DNA of 64,000 nucleotides from Armatimonadota bacterium. GTDB lineage: Bacteria > Armatimonadota > UBA5829 > DTLH01. The notes below the pieces were generated by a model that was not told where the DNA came from, did not search any database, and saw nothing but the letters and a program-made list of their open reading frames with translations. Made by a program: the position numbers and the translations under genes. Shown here in pieces: positions 40,664-49,500 of this stretch; position 1 is the stretch's first letter, and each line of letters starts with the position of its first letter. The stretch is taken from contig JBBRAE010000004.1 in the NCBI GenBank assembly GCA_038207085.1, positions 32,001 through 96,000 on the forward strand. The letters are read 5' to 3'.

Positions 40664-41500
40664 GTGGGGAATTCGTATAAGGCAGGACTGAGGGGGCGGT
40701 TTGGGGTCGTCGCTCTTCTTTTTGTTCTAACACTGGGCAGCATTGGGGCTTGGGCGGACTCGGCCAGTGTTTCCAATACGCTTGTTTCGGCTCCAGATGC
40801 TGGCAGGGTCGAGAGTTTTGCTCCTTCGGCTCGGGTGATGCTGTTTATCCCGGGCGTTGTGCGGTGGATTCCGGCCACCTTTGAACAGGCGAAACCGGGG
40901 GACGAGTTTGTTTGCGGCGGCCAGCTTTATCGTGCGCTTGAGTCCAATCGGGCGCAGGTTGTATCAAATATCGGTGTAGGCAGGCTCGTTGAAGCCGATC
41001 TGCCGCTGGACAACACCAGTCGCCGCCCCGTATCAGGTGACGTGGTTCAGGTTTTTGACAAGGACACCCAGTTTGCGGCGCACGCGGTGCTTGAGACTGT
41101 GCAGCTGGGGGCGACCATTCGCTTTCAGGGCAAGGTCTACACCGTCGCACCCGATCGCAGTCTGACCGATACGGGCAAGGTATTCTCGGCGGCGACTTGC
41201 ACACTGCGGCGCATTGATATCACCCCTCAGGGGATGCAGCACGTTACCGAAAGGCATACCGTCGGCGGAAATGGGAACGCTGGGAAGAGTATCTTTAGCC
41301 CAGGTGAGAACATTCAGACGCTGATCAGGTACGCTCAACTCGTCTCCCCGGTTCTGGAGGCGAACGGCTATTTTAAGCGCGATTTTGAAGCCGGTCGAGT
41401 AGTGGGGACCATCGGGCAGGGAGGTCGGCGGTCCAGCGTTTACAGGGTGATAACGACGCAGACCGGGAAGCTTGTGACGGCTTATCCCGTTGTGCCGTGA
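40664..41500 (+). CDS. Secreted protein with C-terminal polymorphic-toxin-like RNase domain
   Basis: Signal peptide (..GAWA); C-terminal HVTERH..GKSIF..RDFEAGRVVG..VIT..GKLVTAYP. Confidence 0.6.
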   Translation: MGNSYKAGLRGRFGVVALLFVLTLGSIGAWADSASVSNTLVSAPDAGRVESFAPSARVMLFIPGVVRWIPATFEQAKPGDEFVCGGQLYRALESNRAQVVSNIGVGRLVEADLPLDNTSRRPVSGDVVQVFDKDTQFAAHAVLETVQLGATIRFQGKVYTVAPDRSLTDTGKVFSAATCTLRRIDITPQGMQHVTERHTVGGNGNAGKSIFSPGENIQTLIRYAQLVSPVLEANGYFKRDFEAGRVVGTIGQGGRRSSVYRVITTQTGKLVTAYPVVP

Positions 41501-42015
41501 GGTGATGACTTTGGGGCCACTCTGATCGGTCGGGATGTGTATCCCGACAGAAACAGAAAGATTAGGACATTTGTCCGGGCATTGGATTTAGCCGACTGAG
41601 CGGGAGTTAACTCCCTTGCAGTTCTTTGCGTGCGCGATGAATATCGCGCACGATCCTGTCACCGATCACGGGGGCTTCGGGACGAATGTCCCGGGAACCC
41701 GGCTCCGGATGAATATCCGGGGCCATCGGCCATCGGCACCCCCAAAGCTAAGACGGGATTTCCAAATCCCGAATGGCGTAATGCATGGCAATTGACCCAT
41801 TACCAGAGTGAGTTCCATGGAAAGTCGATGATCGCCGCCGAATGTTAATGATGTGTTTATTGTGAACTCTTGGCGACATTGTCGGTGGTCGATCGGTGGG
41901 AAACTACCCACGGAAAGTGTGAGGCTAAACGGACGTGTTTGACTTTGACGGGTTCGCTCTGCGTGGGAGGTGGTGTTTGGGGTTTGGAGGGGCTGGTTTC
42001 TGTCCGGCACATACC

Positions 42016-42044
42016 AAAAGAGCCACGGCATATGCCATGGCTCT
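42016..42044 (-). terminator. Rho-independent terminator after the riboswitch
   Basis: Minus strand AGAGCCATGGCA-TA-TGCCGTGGCTC-TTTT. Confidence 0.8.
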
Positions 42045-42061
42045 GTAATATTTTAAAGAGA

Positions 42062-42190
42062 CTTCCTCCGCGCCTGCGTGGTTAGCTGTCGGGCTAGGGT
42101 GGGAAGACACCCCTTCCTGAGCAATATCAGGAATTCGCCCCTTGTGGGATCGGGTCCCCCGCTTTCCCCGAAGGGAAACTCGGCGCTAGG
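42062..42190 (-). ncRNA. c-di-AMP (ydaO/yuaA) riboswitch aptamer
   Basis: Minus strand GCGCCGAG..GCGGGGGACCC..GGGGCGAAT..CCCGACAGCTAACCACGCAGGCG matches the ydaO consensus. Confidence 0.88.
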
Positions 42191-42335
42191 TTGTTTATTA
42201 AGTTGTTCCGCTTATTCAGTTGTAGCCTTACTTAAGCTGTTTCGATATTGAGTTTTGCCGGTATTTAGTTATTCGCGCTATTAGTTTGTTGTCGATATTC
42301 TTTTGTTGCAGAGGAGTAAGCTCCCTTGCATGTCT

Positions 42336-42365
42336 AATATAGCAAACGGCCTAAACCGTTGTCAA
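42336..42365 (-). promoter_or_regulatory. Sigma70 promoter driving the riboswitch transcript
   Basis: Minus strand TTGACA-18-TATATT. Confidence 0.7.
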
Positions 42366-42496
42366 CTGATTTCGATAAAAAAACTACTATATTTTCGGAT
42401 CGCGCCTTATCGGATGCCCGAAACGGCTCGGGCCGATGTCCAATGGAATGTTACCCAGTGGGATCTGTATTGAAACACTGGAGGCATTTCAATAGG

Positions 42497-42694
42497 ATGG
42501 CTGAATCGCCGCATTTGCCGCAGCCCGGCTTCCCGGGCCACTTGCGCCCTACGTATAGTCGCTACAGCTCCCACGCAGTTAGTCGACGCTTTCTCCCGGT
42601 GCAGTGGAATACAACGCATTCCGCTGCACCGGTAACAGGGGTTTACATTCCACCTTTCGGCAGAGCTTCATCCCCCACACGACGAATCAGCCAT
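42497..42694. ncRNA. Unidentified ~200-nt structured RNA (6S-like candidate)
   Basis: Ends pair (ATGGCTGAATCGCC / GACGAATCAGCCAT); inner AGCTC/GAGCT stem; long central hairpin CCGGTGCAGTGGAAT..ATTCCGCTGCACCGG; no credible ORF. Confidence 0.45.
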
Positions 42695-42915
42695 TAACAA
42701 GTATTCCCTTGGTGCTAAGGCTCAAACCACATAGAGCCTTTTGCGGGGCTTACAATTGTCACATTGTCCCTGGTTGAGATGTTAAGGTGGCAGCCTGCAT
42801 GTCAACTGCCGAAAACAGCCTTTGATTGGTTTGATTGGGTCGTGGAAATGCAGAAGATGTAGGAAGAGTTGCTAGTTGGAAACCCGTGGGGGGGGGGGAG
42901 TTCCAAGATGAAATT

Positions 42916-42992
42916 TGGCCCGCCTGGAGGGGCTCGAACCCCCGACCCTCTGTTCCGAAGACAGATGCTCTAATCCACTGAGCTACAGGCGG
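42916..42992 (-). tRNA. tRNA-Arg (anticodon UCG), CCA encoded
   Basis: Cloverleaf: acceptor CCGCCTG/CAGGCGG, anticodon arm TCTGT-CTTCGGA-ACAGA, T-loop TTCGAGC. Confidence 0.95.
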
Positions 42993-43008
42993 ATATTTGA
43001 CTGCGGAC

Positions 43009-43038
43009 AGTATACCATGTCCTGTCGGTGCTAGTCAA
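43009..43038 (-). promoter_or_regulatory. Sigma70 promoter of the tRNA
   Basis: Minus strand TTGACT-18-TATACT. Confidence 0.75.
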
Positions 43039-43330
43039 AATCTTAATTCGAATGCGGTCAATCTAGCTTTGGAGTGTGGTTTGCGAGAGCCGCTTTCACA
43101 AATCTTCCGGCTGGCGATAATTGGCGCTTGTGCGCCTTGCTGTCGCCCAAGAACAAAGCGGCGATTGCTTGCCGCACTCCATATAAAGCCGACAATCTTT
43201 ACATATACCTGTTCTAATATACATATAGCGGCTGTAAGGCTCCGCAAGGTGTAACCCGCTGTGTTTATGCTCGTCATATATTGTGTAAGTCCCCGGATGC
43301 AAGGACTGGTCCGGGGCAGGAGTTACTCAA

Positions 43331-43756
43331 ATGCAGAAAACGAATTTCAGGATGATGCTTTTGGCCCTTCTTGCAGTGTTCGCTATCTCGGTTTTGACGC
43401 CGCTTGCGAGCCTTGCGAGCACCAAGGGCAGGCGAAACACCGCGATCGCGCTTACGGGAGTGGCGGCGTACTCGCTGATAAGAGGGCACAACACCACCGG
43501 GTTCGTCACGGGAGCCGGTGCTGCCTATGCCTGGAGCCGGTACAAAGACAGCAAAGAGTCTGATCGGGACCGGAGTCACTACTACAACACTCGTGGTGGC
43601 CGCAGTTACTCAGACAGCCGCTGGGACAGAGACCGAGATCGCCGTGATGACAAGAAGTGGGACCGTGATAGGGATCGCAACAACAAAAAATGCGACCGCT
43701 ATCACGACAACGGTCGGCGCGTTGGGAGTCGGCAATGCGATAACAATTGCCGGTAA
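43331..43756 (+). CDS. Small secreted/membrane protein with Asp/Arg-rich tail
   Basis: AGGAG RBS, signal peptide, glycine-zipper-like segment, WDRDRDR repeats. Confidence 0.65.
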   Translation: MQKTNFRMMLLALLAVFAISVLTPLASLASTKGRRNTAIALTGVAAYSLIRGHNTTGFVTGAGAAYAWSRYKDSKESDRDRSHYYNTRGGRSYSDSRWDRDRDRRDDKKWDRDRDRNNKKCDRYHDNGRRVGSRQCDNNCR

Positions 43757-43888
43757 ATGTCAAATCAATCAAAGTGAGGGAGCCTGATGCTCGGCTGATT
43801 TGCAGAGCGAGCGATGGAGCCATTCCAGACCGGCGGCGCGTACGTCAATTTCCTCGGCAAAGAAGGGGTGGGCAGGGTGAGAGCTGCC

Positions 43889-43967
43889 TACCCCGCATTA
43901 TTCACAAGTAGCGTGAATAATGCTCTGTTAGCGAAAGCTTTATTCGCTTCACGAATAAAGCGGGCTA
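43889..43967. repeat. Repeat family A copy 4
   Basis: 79 bp, both hairpins, GCGGGCTA end. Confidence 0.9.
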
Positions 43968-44076
43968 CGGCGTCGAAACCTTAACAAGCTCGCCACATTG
44001 AAGAGGAAATACTACCCGACCAACTTCTTCCGTATGAACCAAAATATCCGGACGATGTCTGGGTGATGGTAAGTCG

Positions 44077-44904
44077 TTATGGGTGGTGCTCGGTCGGCTG
44101 GTTTCTAAACCGGCCCGGAGTGGTTCCGGTCAGCCGCTTGAAGACCCGCGAGAAGTAGTAGGGGTCGCAGAAACCAACGGTCGACGCGATCTCCTGGAGC
44201 GGTGAGCGGGTGTCGCGCAGGAGTCGCTTGGCCCACTCGACGCGCCTGCGGTTGACGTAGACCGTGGGGCTGTCACCCATCGCGCGCGTGAATAACGTCG
44301 AGAAATAGGTTGGGTGAAGGTTCGCGACGTCTGCAAGCTCGCTGAGCGTGCACCTGTCGGTCAGGTTCGCCTCAATATAGCCAAGCACCTCGTGAAACCT
44401 CGCAGCGCCCTCGATGTGCTCTGTTTCGACCTCCGCTTTGTCGATAAAGATGGCGAGAAGCTGTTTGAGCGTCCCATCTATCGCCATCGCGTTGCCCGGA
44501 CGGTCCTGCATCAGGCGCATCGTGAGATCGTCCCACTGCCCGTTCATCCATGCGGTGTCTGCGACAGGTATCTGAAAAGGCACGCGGAGGAACACGAAAA
44601 GGTCGACGCTGTAGAGCACGTGAGCCGTGAAGTGGAGCCACGAGAGGGTCATCTCCTCCGGGCAGCCGTACCGAGCGAGGGTGTCTGCTGGAATCACGTA
44701 AAGGTATCCGGGTTCGAGCCTGTAGCGAGTGCCGTGGTGTTCAGTCCAGCCTTCGCCCTGGCTTATCCAGTATATCCGGCCAAATGAGTCACTCGCGACC
44801 CCATAGTCAGCCGCCCAGTAGCTGCCGTAATTCCTGGTTTCGCCCATAATGAACGTGGTCTCAAGAGTCCCCAGTATCTGTGTGATCGAGTTCTTCTCAG
44901 GCAT
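44077..44904 (-). CDS. AraC-family transcriptional regulator
   Basis: Cupin N-domain; GFCDPYYFSRVFKR.TGTTP double HTH. Confidence 0.92.
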   Translation of the reverse strand: MPEKNSITQILGTLETTFIMGETRNYGSYWAADYGVASDSFGRIYWISQGEGWTEHHGTRYRLEPGYLYVIPADTLARYGCPEEMTLSWLHFTAHVLYSVDLFVFLRVPFQIPVADTAWMNGQWDDLTMRLMQDRPGNAMAIDGTLKQLLAIFIDKAEVETEHIEGAARFHEVLGYIEANLTDRCTLSELADVANLHPTYFSTLFTRAMGDSPTVYVNRRRVEWAKRLLRDTRSPLQEIASTVGFCDPYYFSRVFKRLTGTTPGRFRNQPTEHHP

Positions 44905-45116
44905 AGCTTCCTCGCAGGCTGCAATGAGATAATACCGTCTAGCACGAGTATACACATAAATCATAAGAATACACAATACAATCCGTGATTTGCCCATTGT
45001 CGGACACTTGCCTACGGGTTACACTGAAAAACATATTCGGATCGACGGCGCTATCTGCGCCGTCTCTTAAAGGCTGGCGCTATGCGCCACCGGTACGGCT
45101 GGAGGAGCTAATAGCA

Positions 45117-46217
45117 ATGGGTGACGCATTTTTCGAGACTTATATGGGGCTTGGGCCCCGGCGGGTGACTCACTATGAGCACTGGTCGTGCCCGGACGCC
45201 GAGACTGAGCTCACGGGGGTCGACTATTACGACCATCCCAAGCTCTGCAGAGAGAAATGGAACGAGCTATTTCCGCACTTCACGCTCCCAGTTCCTGAAA
45301 CCGACGACCCTCGCCCTCGCCCCAGGCTTTCAGCAGAGGACGGCGCGCTGACATCGAACTCTGAGCGTCATACCGTGCGCTGGGGTGACAGTGAGACCGG
45401 CACCTGGGAGCACGGTGAAGCGTATTTCAAGAACGTCGACGACGTGCTCAACTTCTCGCCGCTGGACAAGGGGGACTTCAGGGACTGGCCGCACGTCGTG
45501 ATGAACTGGGACTATCGGGACGAGGATGCGCTCTACGAAACCCTTCGGAAGGGGTACCCGGCGGAGTGGGGGGACAAAGCGCCCGCTGGTAGCTCGGCCT
45601 CAAGTTGGTTCTACAATACGCTTTTCATGTGGCCCCTACTTACGTTTGGCTGGGAGCTGTTTCTCGAGTGCTGCATGCTGCCTGAGTTCGAGCGGGTAAT
45701 GGATGAGTTCGCCGAGATCAACCGCAGGGTCTTCCGGGTGTTTGCGAGGCTGCCGATCAACTTCGTCACATGCCACGACGACATCGTCACCACCCGCGGC
45801 CCGGTCTGCTCGCCCGCCTGGATGCACAAATACATCTTCCCTCGCTATGAGGAATACTGGAGTATTCTGAAATCGGCAGGCAAGGAGCCGATCTTTATGG
45901 TAGACGGCTGCATGGATCAGTATGTCGACGATGTGATGGCCTGCGGCGCGCGAGGGATAATTACGGAGCCTTACACCGACTTCAAGGCGATCGCAAGAAA
46001 GTACGACAACCCCGTGATCGCTGGGGAAGGCGATAACCGCATACTCGGACGAAACAACCCCGGGGAGATTCGTGCGATGGTCGAGTCGATGGTTGAGACG
46101 GCGAAAATGAGCGGCGGCTACTTTATGTGCGTCGGTAATCACATCCCATGGAACGTCCCACCTGAGGCGATCAAGCTCTACCTGGACCTTTCAACGGAGC
46201 TGGCCATTCGCGGCTGA
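45117..46217 (+). CDS. Uroporphyrinogen decarboxylase/MtaA-like family protein
   Basis: HDD..GPVCSP..YIFPRY, DG motif, GGYFMCVGNHIPWNVP; GGAGG RBS. Confidence 0.75.
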   Translation: MGDAFFETYMGLGPRRVTHYEHWSCPDAETELTGVDYYDHPKLCREKWNELFPHFTLPVPETDDPRPRPRLSAEDGALTSNSERHTVRWGDSETGTWEHGEAYFKNVDDVLNFSPLDKGDFRDWPHVVMNWDYRDEDALYETLRKGYPAEWGDKAPAGSSASSWFYNTLFMWPLLTFGWELFLECCMLPEFERVMDEFAEINRRVFRVFARLPINFVTCHDDIVTTRGPVCSPAWMHKYIFPRYEEYWSILKSAGKEPIFMVDGCMDQYVDDVMACGARGIITEPYTDFKAIARKYDNPVIAGEGDNRILGRNNPGEIRAMVESMVETAKMSGGYFMCVGNHIPWNVPPEAIKLYLDLSTELAIRG

Positions 46218-46241
46218 GTGCCGGAAGACCCGCTGATCACT

Positions 46242-47096
46242 TCAGCCCTTGATCCCGCTCATCACTACTCCCTGCACGAAGTAGCGCTGGGCGAGGATGA
46301 AGATCACCAGCACGGGCAGGAGGACTACCGTTGAGGCGGCCATCAGGGAGACTATGTCGACGCCCCAGACGTCCTGGAAGGTCGCTAGGCCGAGGGCGAG
46401 CGTGCGCTTGTCTACCGAGTTCAGGTAGATCAGGGGCGTCATAAAGTCGTTCCAGTGGGCGACGAAGCTGAAGACGGCTACCGTCACAAGCACAGGCTTG
46501 GAGAGCGGCAGGAATATTTGCCAGAAGGTGCGGAACGGGCCGCAGCCGTCGATTTTGGCGGCGTCTTCGAGGTCGCCGGGGATCGTCAGGAAGAACTGGC
46601 GCAGGAGAAATACGTAGAACGCGCTTGCGAAGAACGCGGGGACGATCAGGGGCATCAGAGTGTCATACCAACCCAGGCTGCGGAAGATTACGAAGCGCGG
46701 GACCATCGTCACCTCGGCGGGCAGGATGATCGTCGAGATCATGAGCATGAACAAAAACTCGCGGCCCGGCGCTTTGATCCGAGCGAAGGCAAAGGCGACG
46801 AGCGCGCTTGATAGGGATGAGCCGATCACCGCAAACACCGTCACCTTGAGCGTGTTGAACATATACAGGTGAAACGGCATGATCGTCAAGGCCTTGGGGT
46901 AGTTCGCCCAGATAACCTTGCTCGGGAACAGGTGGAGACCCGACGCGGCGACCTCCGCGGGCGCGCGAAGGGAGATCGACACCATCCACAAAAATGGCAC
47001 GGCGAAGATCGCTGCTCCGACCAGAAGCACGATGTATCCGAGCAGCGGCCCGGTGAGTTTTGACTTCGATCTGGTTTTTGTTATGGTCTGGCTCAT
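46242..47096 (-). CDS. Carbohydrate ABC transporter permease
   Basis: EAA loop LEDAAKIDG, WNDF.PL, QRYFVQG. Confidence 0.93.
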   Translation of the reverse strand: MSQTITKTRSKSKLTGPLLGYIVLLVGAAIFAVPFLWMVSISLRAPAEVAASGLHLFPSKVIWANYPKALTIMPFHLYMFNTLKVTVFAVIGSSLSSALVAFAFARIKAPGREFLFMLMISTIILPAEVTMVPRFVIFRSLGWYDTLMPLIVPAFFASAFYVFLLRQFFLTIPGDLEDAAKIDGCGPFRTFWQIFLPLSKPVLVTVAVFSFVAHWNDFMTPLIYLNSVDKRTLALGLATFQDVWGVDIVSLMAASTVVLLPVLVIFILAQRYFVQGVVMSGIKG

Positions 47097-47407
47097 AGCT
47101 TATTTACGATCCCTCTGCTAGAATCCTCTCAATCATAGCCGAAAAGTTCTGTCAGCTCAAGTGTTTTTGGGGGAAAACATCCAGGAAGGCAGAATGCCCG
47201 TAGTGGCCGGTCTCTGACCCGGACCCCACACTGATCTTGCAGCATTCTGGTATGAGCCGCGTTTGCGAGATTTTCAGTCGGTATGGTAATTGGCAGGGAA
47301 GGAACCGGCGATAATTTCGTAGTATACTTTATGTGATAGACTACACGAGTAATGCATTCATAAATGGATTCGAATGTGTAAATGGATTCATCAAGAAAGT
47401 GAGATCA

Positions 47408-48478
47408 ATGAGCTACCGAGACGTTTTTAACGAAATAATGTTCTACGGCAACTTCGACCATATGCCCGCCGTTCACTGGCACGGTTGGGACGAGACCATC
47501 GAACGCTGGTATAAGGAGGGGCTACAGCCGGGGCAGAATATCCACGAACTGCTTGGCACTACTCCTCACTGGTCGAACCTGCAGATCAATGTGGGCCTGT
47601 TCCCTTTCTTTGAAGAGGAAATCCTCGAACAGACCGACGATTACAAGATCTTTCGGGACAGGGAAGGCGTCGTCTGCCAGGCTTGGAAGCACGCATCGAG
47701 CATTCCGCACTATATAGATTTTACGCTGAAAGATGCCAAGGACTGGCCCGAATACAAAAAGCGGCTTCAGCCCGACCCTGCGCGTATTCCAGCCGATCTT
47801 GAGGAGATCATCACTCGCACTGAGGCCTCAGGCATGCCGATTGCGGTCGGAACGGGCTCTATGATGGGGTGGATTCGCAACTGGATGGGCGTCGAGAATA
47901 TGTCCTATCTCATGTACGACGACCCGGACTGCTATGCCGACATGGTCAACACGCTCGCCGACCTCACATGCTGGGGGATAGATCAGATCCTACCCAAGAT
48001 GAAGGTCAAGCCGACGTTTGGCTTTGGCTGGGAGGATATCTGCGGCAAGGCCGGTCCTTTGGTGAGTCCAAGCATCTTCCTGAAGTGCGTTGCCTCAGGG
48101 TATACCAAGATCAGAAACAAACTGGAAGAACACGGCGTGCATCTACTTGGGATCGACTGCGACGGGGATATCACCGATCTCCTCGGCCACTGGCTCGACG
48201 CTGGCGTGAACGTGCTCTTCCCGCTTGAGGTCGGAACCTGGAAAGCCGACGGCATGGCGTTTAGAAAACAGTACGGCAAAGACCTAAGGATCATCGGTCA
48301 TTTCGATAAGATGACTCTCGAACAGGGCCGCGACGTGGTCGAAGCCGAGATACAGCGACTGATGCCCCTGATGAAGGACGGCGGATTCCTGATGATGCCC
48401 GACCACCTCATCACCCCGGGCGTCAGCCTCGAAGACTATATCTGGTACTGCCAGAGGGTGAGAGAGATCAAGCTGTAG
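47408..48478 (+). CDS. Uroporphyrinogen decarboxylase/MtaA-like family protein
   Basis: R.WMGVE..SY, WEDI..K.GPLVSP, DCDG, GGF...DH. Confidence 0.78.
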   Translation: MSYRDVFNEIMFYGNFDHMPAVHWHGWDETIERWYKEGLQPGQNIHELLGTTPHWSNLQINVGLFPFFEEEILEQTDDYKIFRDREGVVCQAWKHASSIPHYIDFTLKDAKDWPEYKKRLQPDPARIPADLEEIITRTEASGMPIAVGTGSMMGWIRNWMGVENMSYLMYDDPDCYADMVNTLADLTCWGIDQILPKMKVKPTFGFGWEDICGKAGPLVSPSIFLKCVASGYTKIRNKLEEHGVHLLGIDCDGDITDLLGHWLDAGVNVLFPLEVGTWKADGMAFRKQYGKDLRIIGHFDKMTLEQGRDVVEAEIQRLMPLMKDGGFLMMPDHLITPGVSLEDYIWYCQRVREIKL

Positions 48479-48496
48479 TCATAAGCTGTTAGCAGC

Positions 48497-48575
48497 TAGC
48501 CCGCATTATTCACGAGGAGCGTGAATAATGCTTTGCTAGCGAGAGCTTTATTCGCTTCACGAATAAAGCGGGCTA
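48497..48575. repeat. Repeat family A copy 5
   Basis: 79 bp with perfect TAGCCCGC...GCGGGCTA termini, embedded in an AGCTGTT-like heptamer array. Confidence 0.92.
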
Positions 48576-48606
48576 GCCGTTAGCTGCTAACAGCTGCCTA
48601 TTCAAG

Positions 48607-49275
48607 CTACACAGTCACGTATTTTCTCAGATCGTCGATGGTCGGTTTGTTGATCCCTGAGATCTGATCGAGATCGTCGATCTTTTTGAACTGGCCGTGC
48701 TCTCGGCGATATTTGAGGATGTGGTCGGCGATCACGGGGCCTATGCCCGGAACGTCGATCAGTTCCTGTCGGCCAGCATCGTTCAGGTTTACCTTGCCCG
48801 ACTGCCTGTGCCTTTCGGTTTCCTGCTCGTGCTCCTTGACCGCCGCCTCGCCGCCCTTTCGCCCGTGAGCCATCTCGCGTTCCTCGCGCGTGCGGATGCC
48901 GTGACGCTCCCAGTGCTCGAAGAACCCTGTGATCTCATCGGTGTCCTTGGTGTATCTCGGACCGCTCTTTAGATCGTCCTCCGAACCGTGGAACACCACG
49001 TGCTTTTGTTCGTGGTACAAGTCTACGAGCTCGAGTGGGACGAGTGTCTTTTCTCCGCCCAGCCCGAGGATTTCGTCGTATGCGACCACGATTACGGCGA
49101 CCTTGCCGAGGTCGGTATCCACCAGCAGGTCGTCGGCGCTCGCGATCTTCTTGTGCTCGTGATCTGTTAACGCCCAGCCGCGTATGTCGGGTTCGCCTTC
49201 GCGGACCTTCCAGTGGTCGAGTATGCTGAGCGGCTTCAATGTGTGCCCACGATATTGTTTGTAGTTGACGTACAT
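48607..49275 (-). CDS. PRC-barrel + ComEA-type helix-hairpin-helix protein
   Basis: EPDIRGW..DDLLVD PRC; VNLNDA..L.DVPGIG..A..I..YR..HG.F HhH. Confidence 0.8.
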   Translation of the reverse strand: MYVNYKQYRGHTLKPLSILDHWKVREGEPDIRGWALTDHEHKKIASADDLLVDTDLGKVAVIVVAYDEILGLGGEKTLVPLELVDLYHEQKHVVFHGSEDDLKSGPRYTKDTDEITGFFEHWERHGIRTREEREMAHGRKGGEAAVKEHEQETERHRQSGKVNLNDAGRQELIDVPGIGPVIADHILKYRREHGQFKKIDDLDQISGINKPTIDDLRKYVTV

Positions 49276-49500
49276 TTTTCCTAAACCCTCCCGTCCAACG
49301 GTGCTACCGGCACCTCTTGCTTCGCAAATGGCGTTTCTTGCCATTTGCGTCCCCATCGTGGTGAAGCCGGCTGCAGCGCAAACTGCGCACTGCTAGAGGC
49401 TTTACCTGCGATTCCTGGGGACACTCGCGCCACGGGTGTCAGGCGCGGGCTTTGCCAATGTACTCTTACCCACGCCCGACAGGGGTTGACTGCTTGCCCG

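Noticed and set aside
41666..42031. ORF downstream of the c-di-AMP riboswitch
   Set aside because: Starts inside the terminator hairpin, has no RBS and runs through repeat elements
42497..42830. tmRNA, RNase P or SRP RNA
   Set aside because: No tRNA-like ends or tag peptide ending in AA, no GAGGAAAGUCC, no SRP helix-8 motif
42888..42898. G11 homopolymer as a phase-variation tract
   Set aside because: Intergenic and not within an ORF or promoter spacer; may be a sequencing artefact
42700..43330. Prophage or island integrated at tRNA-Arg
   Set aside because: No integrase and no duplicated tRNA 3' end seen in the window
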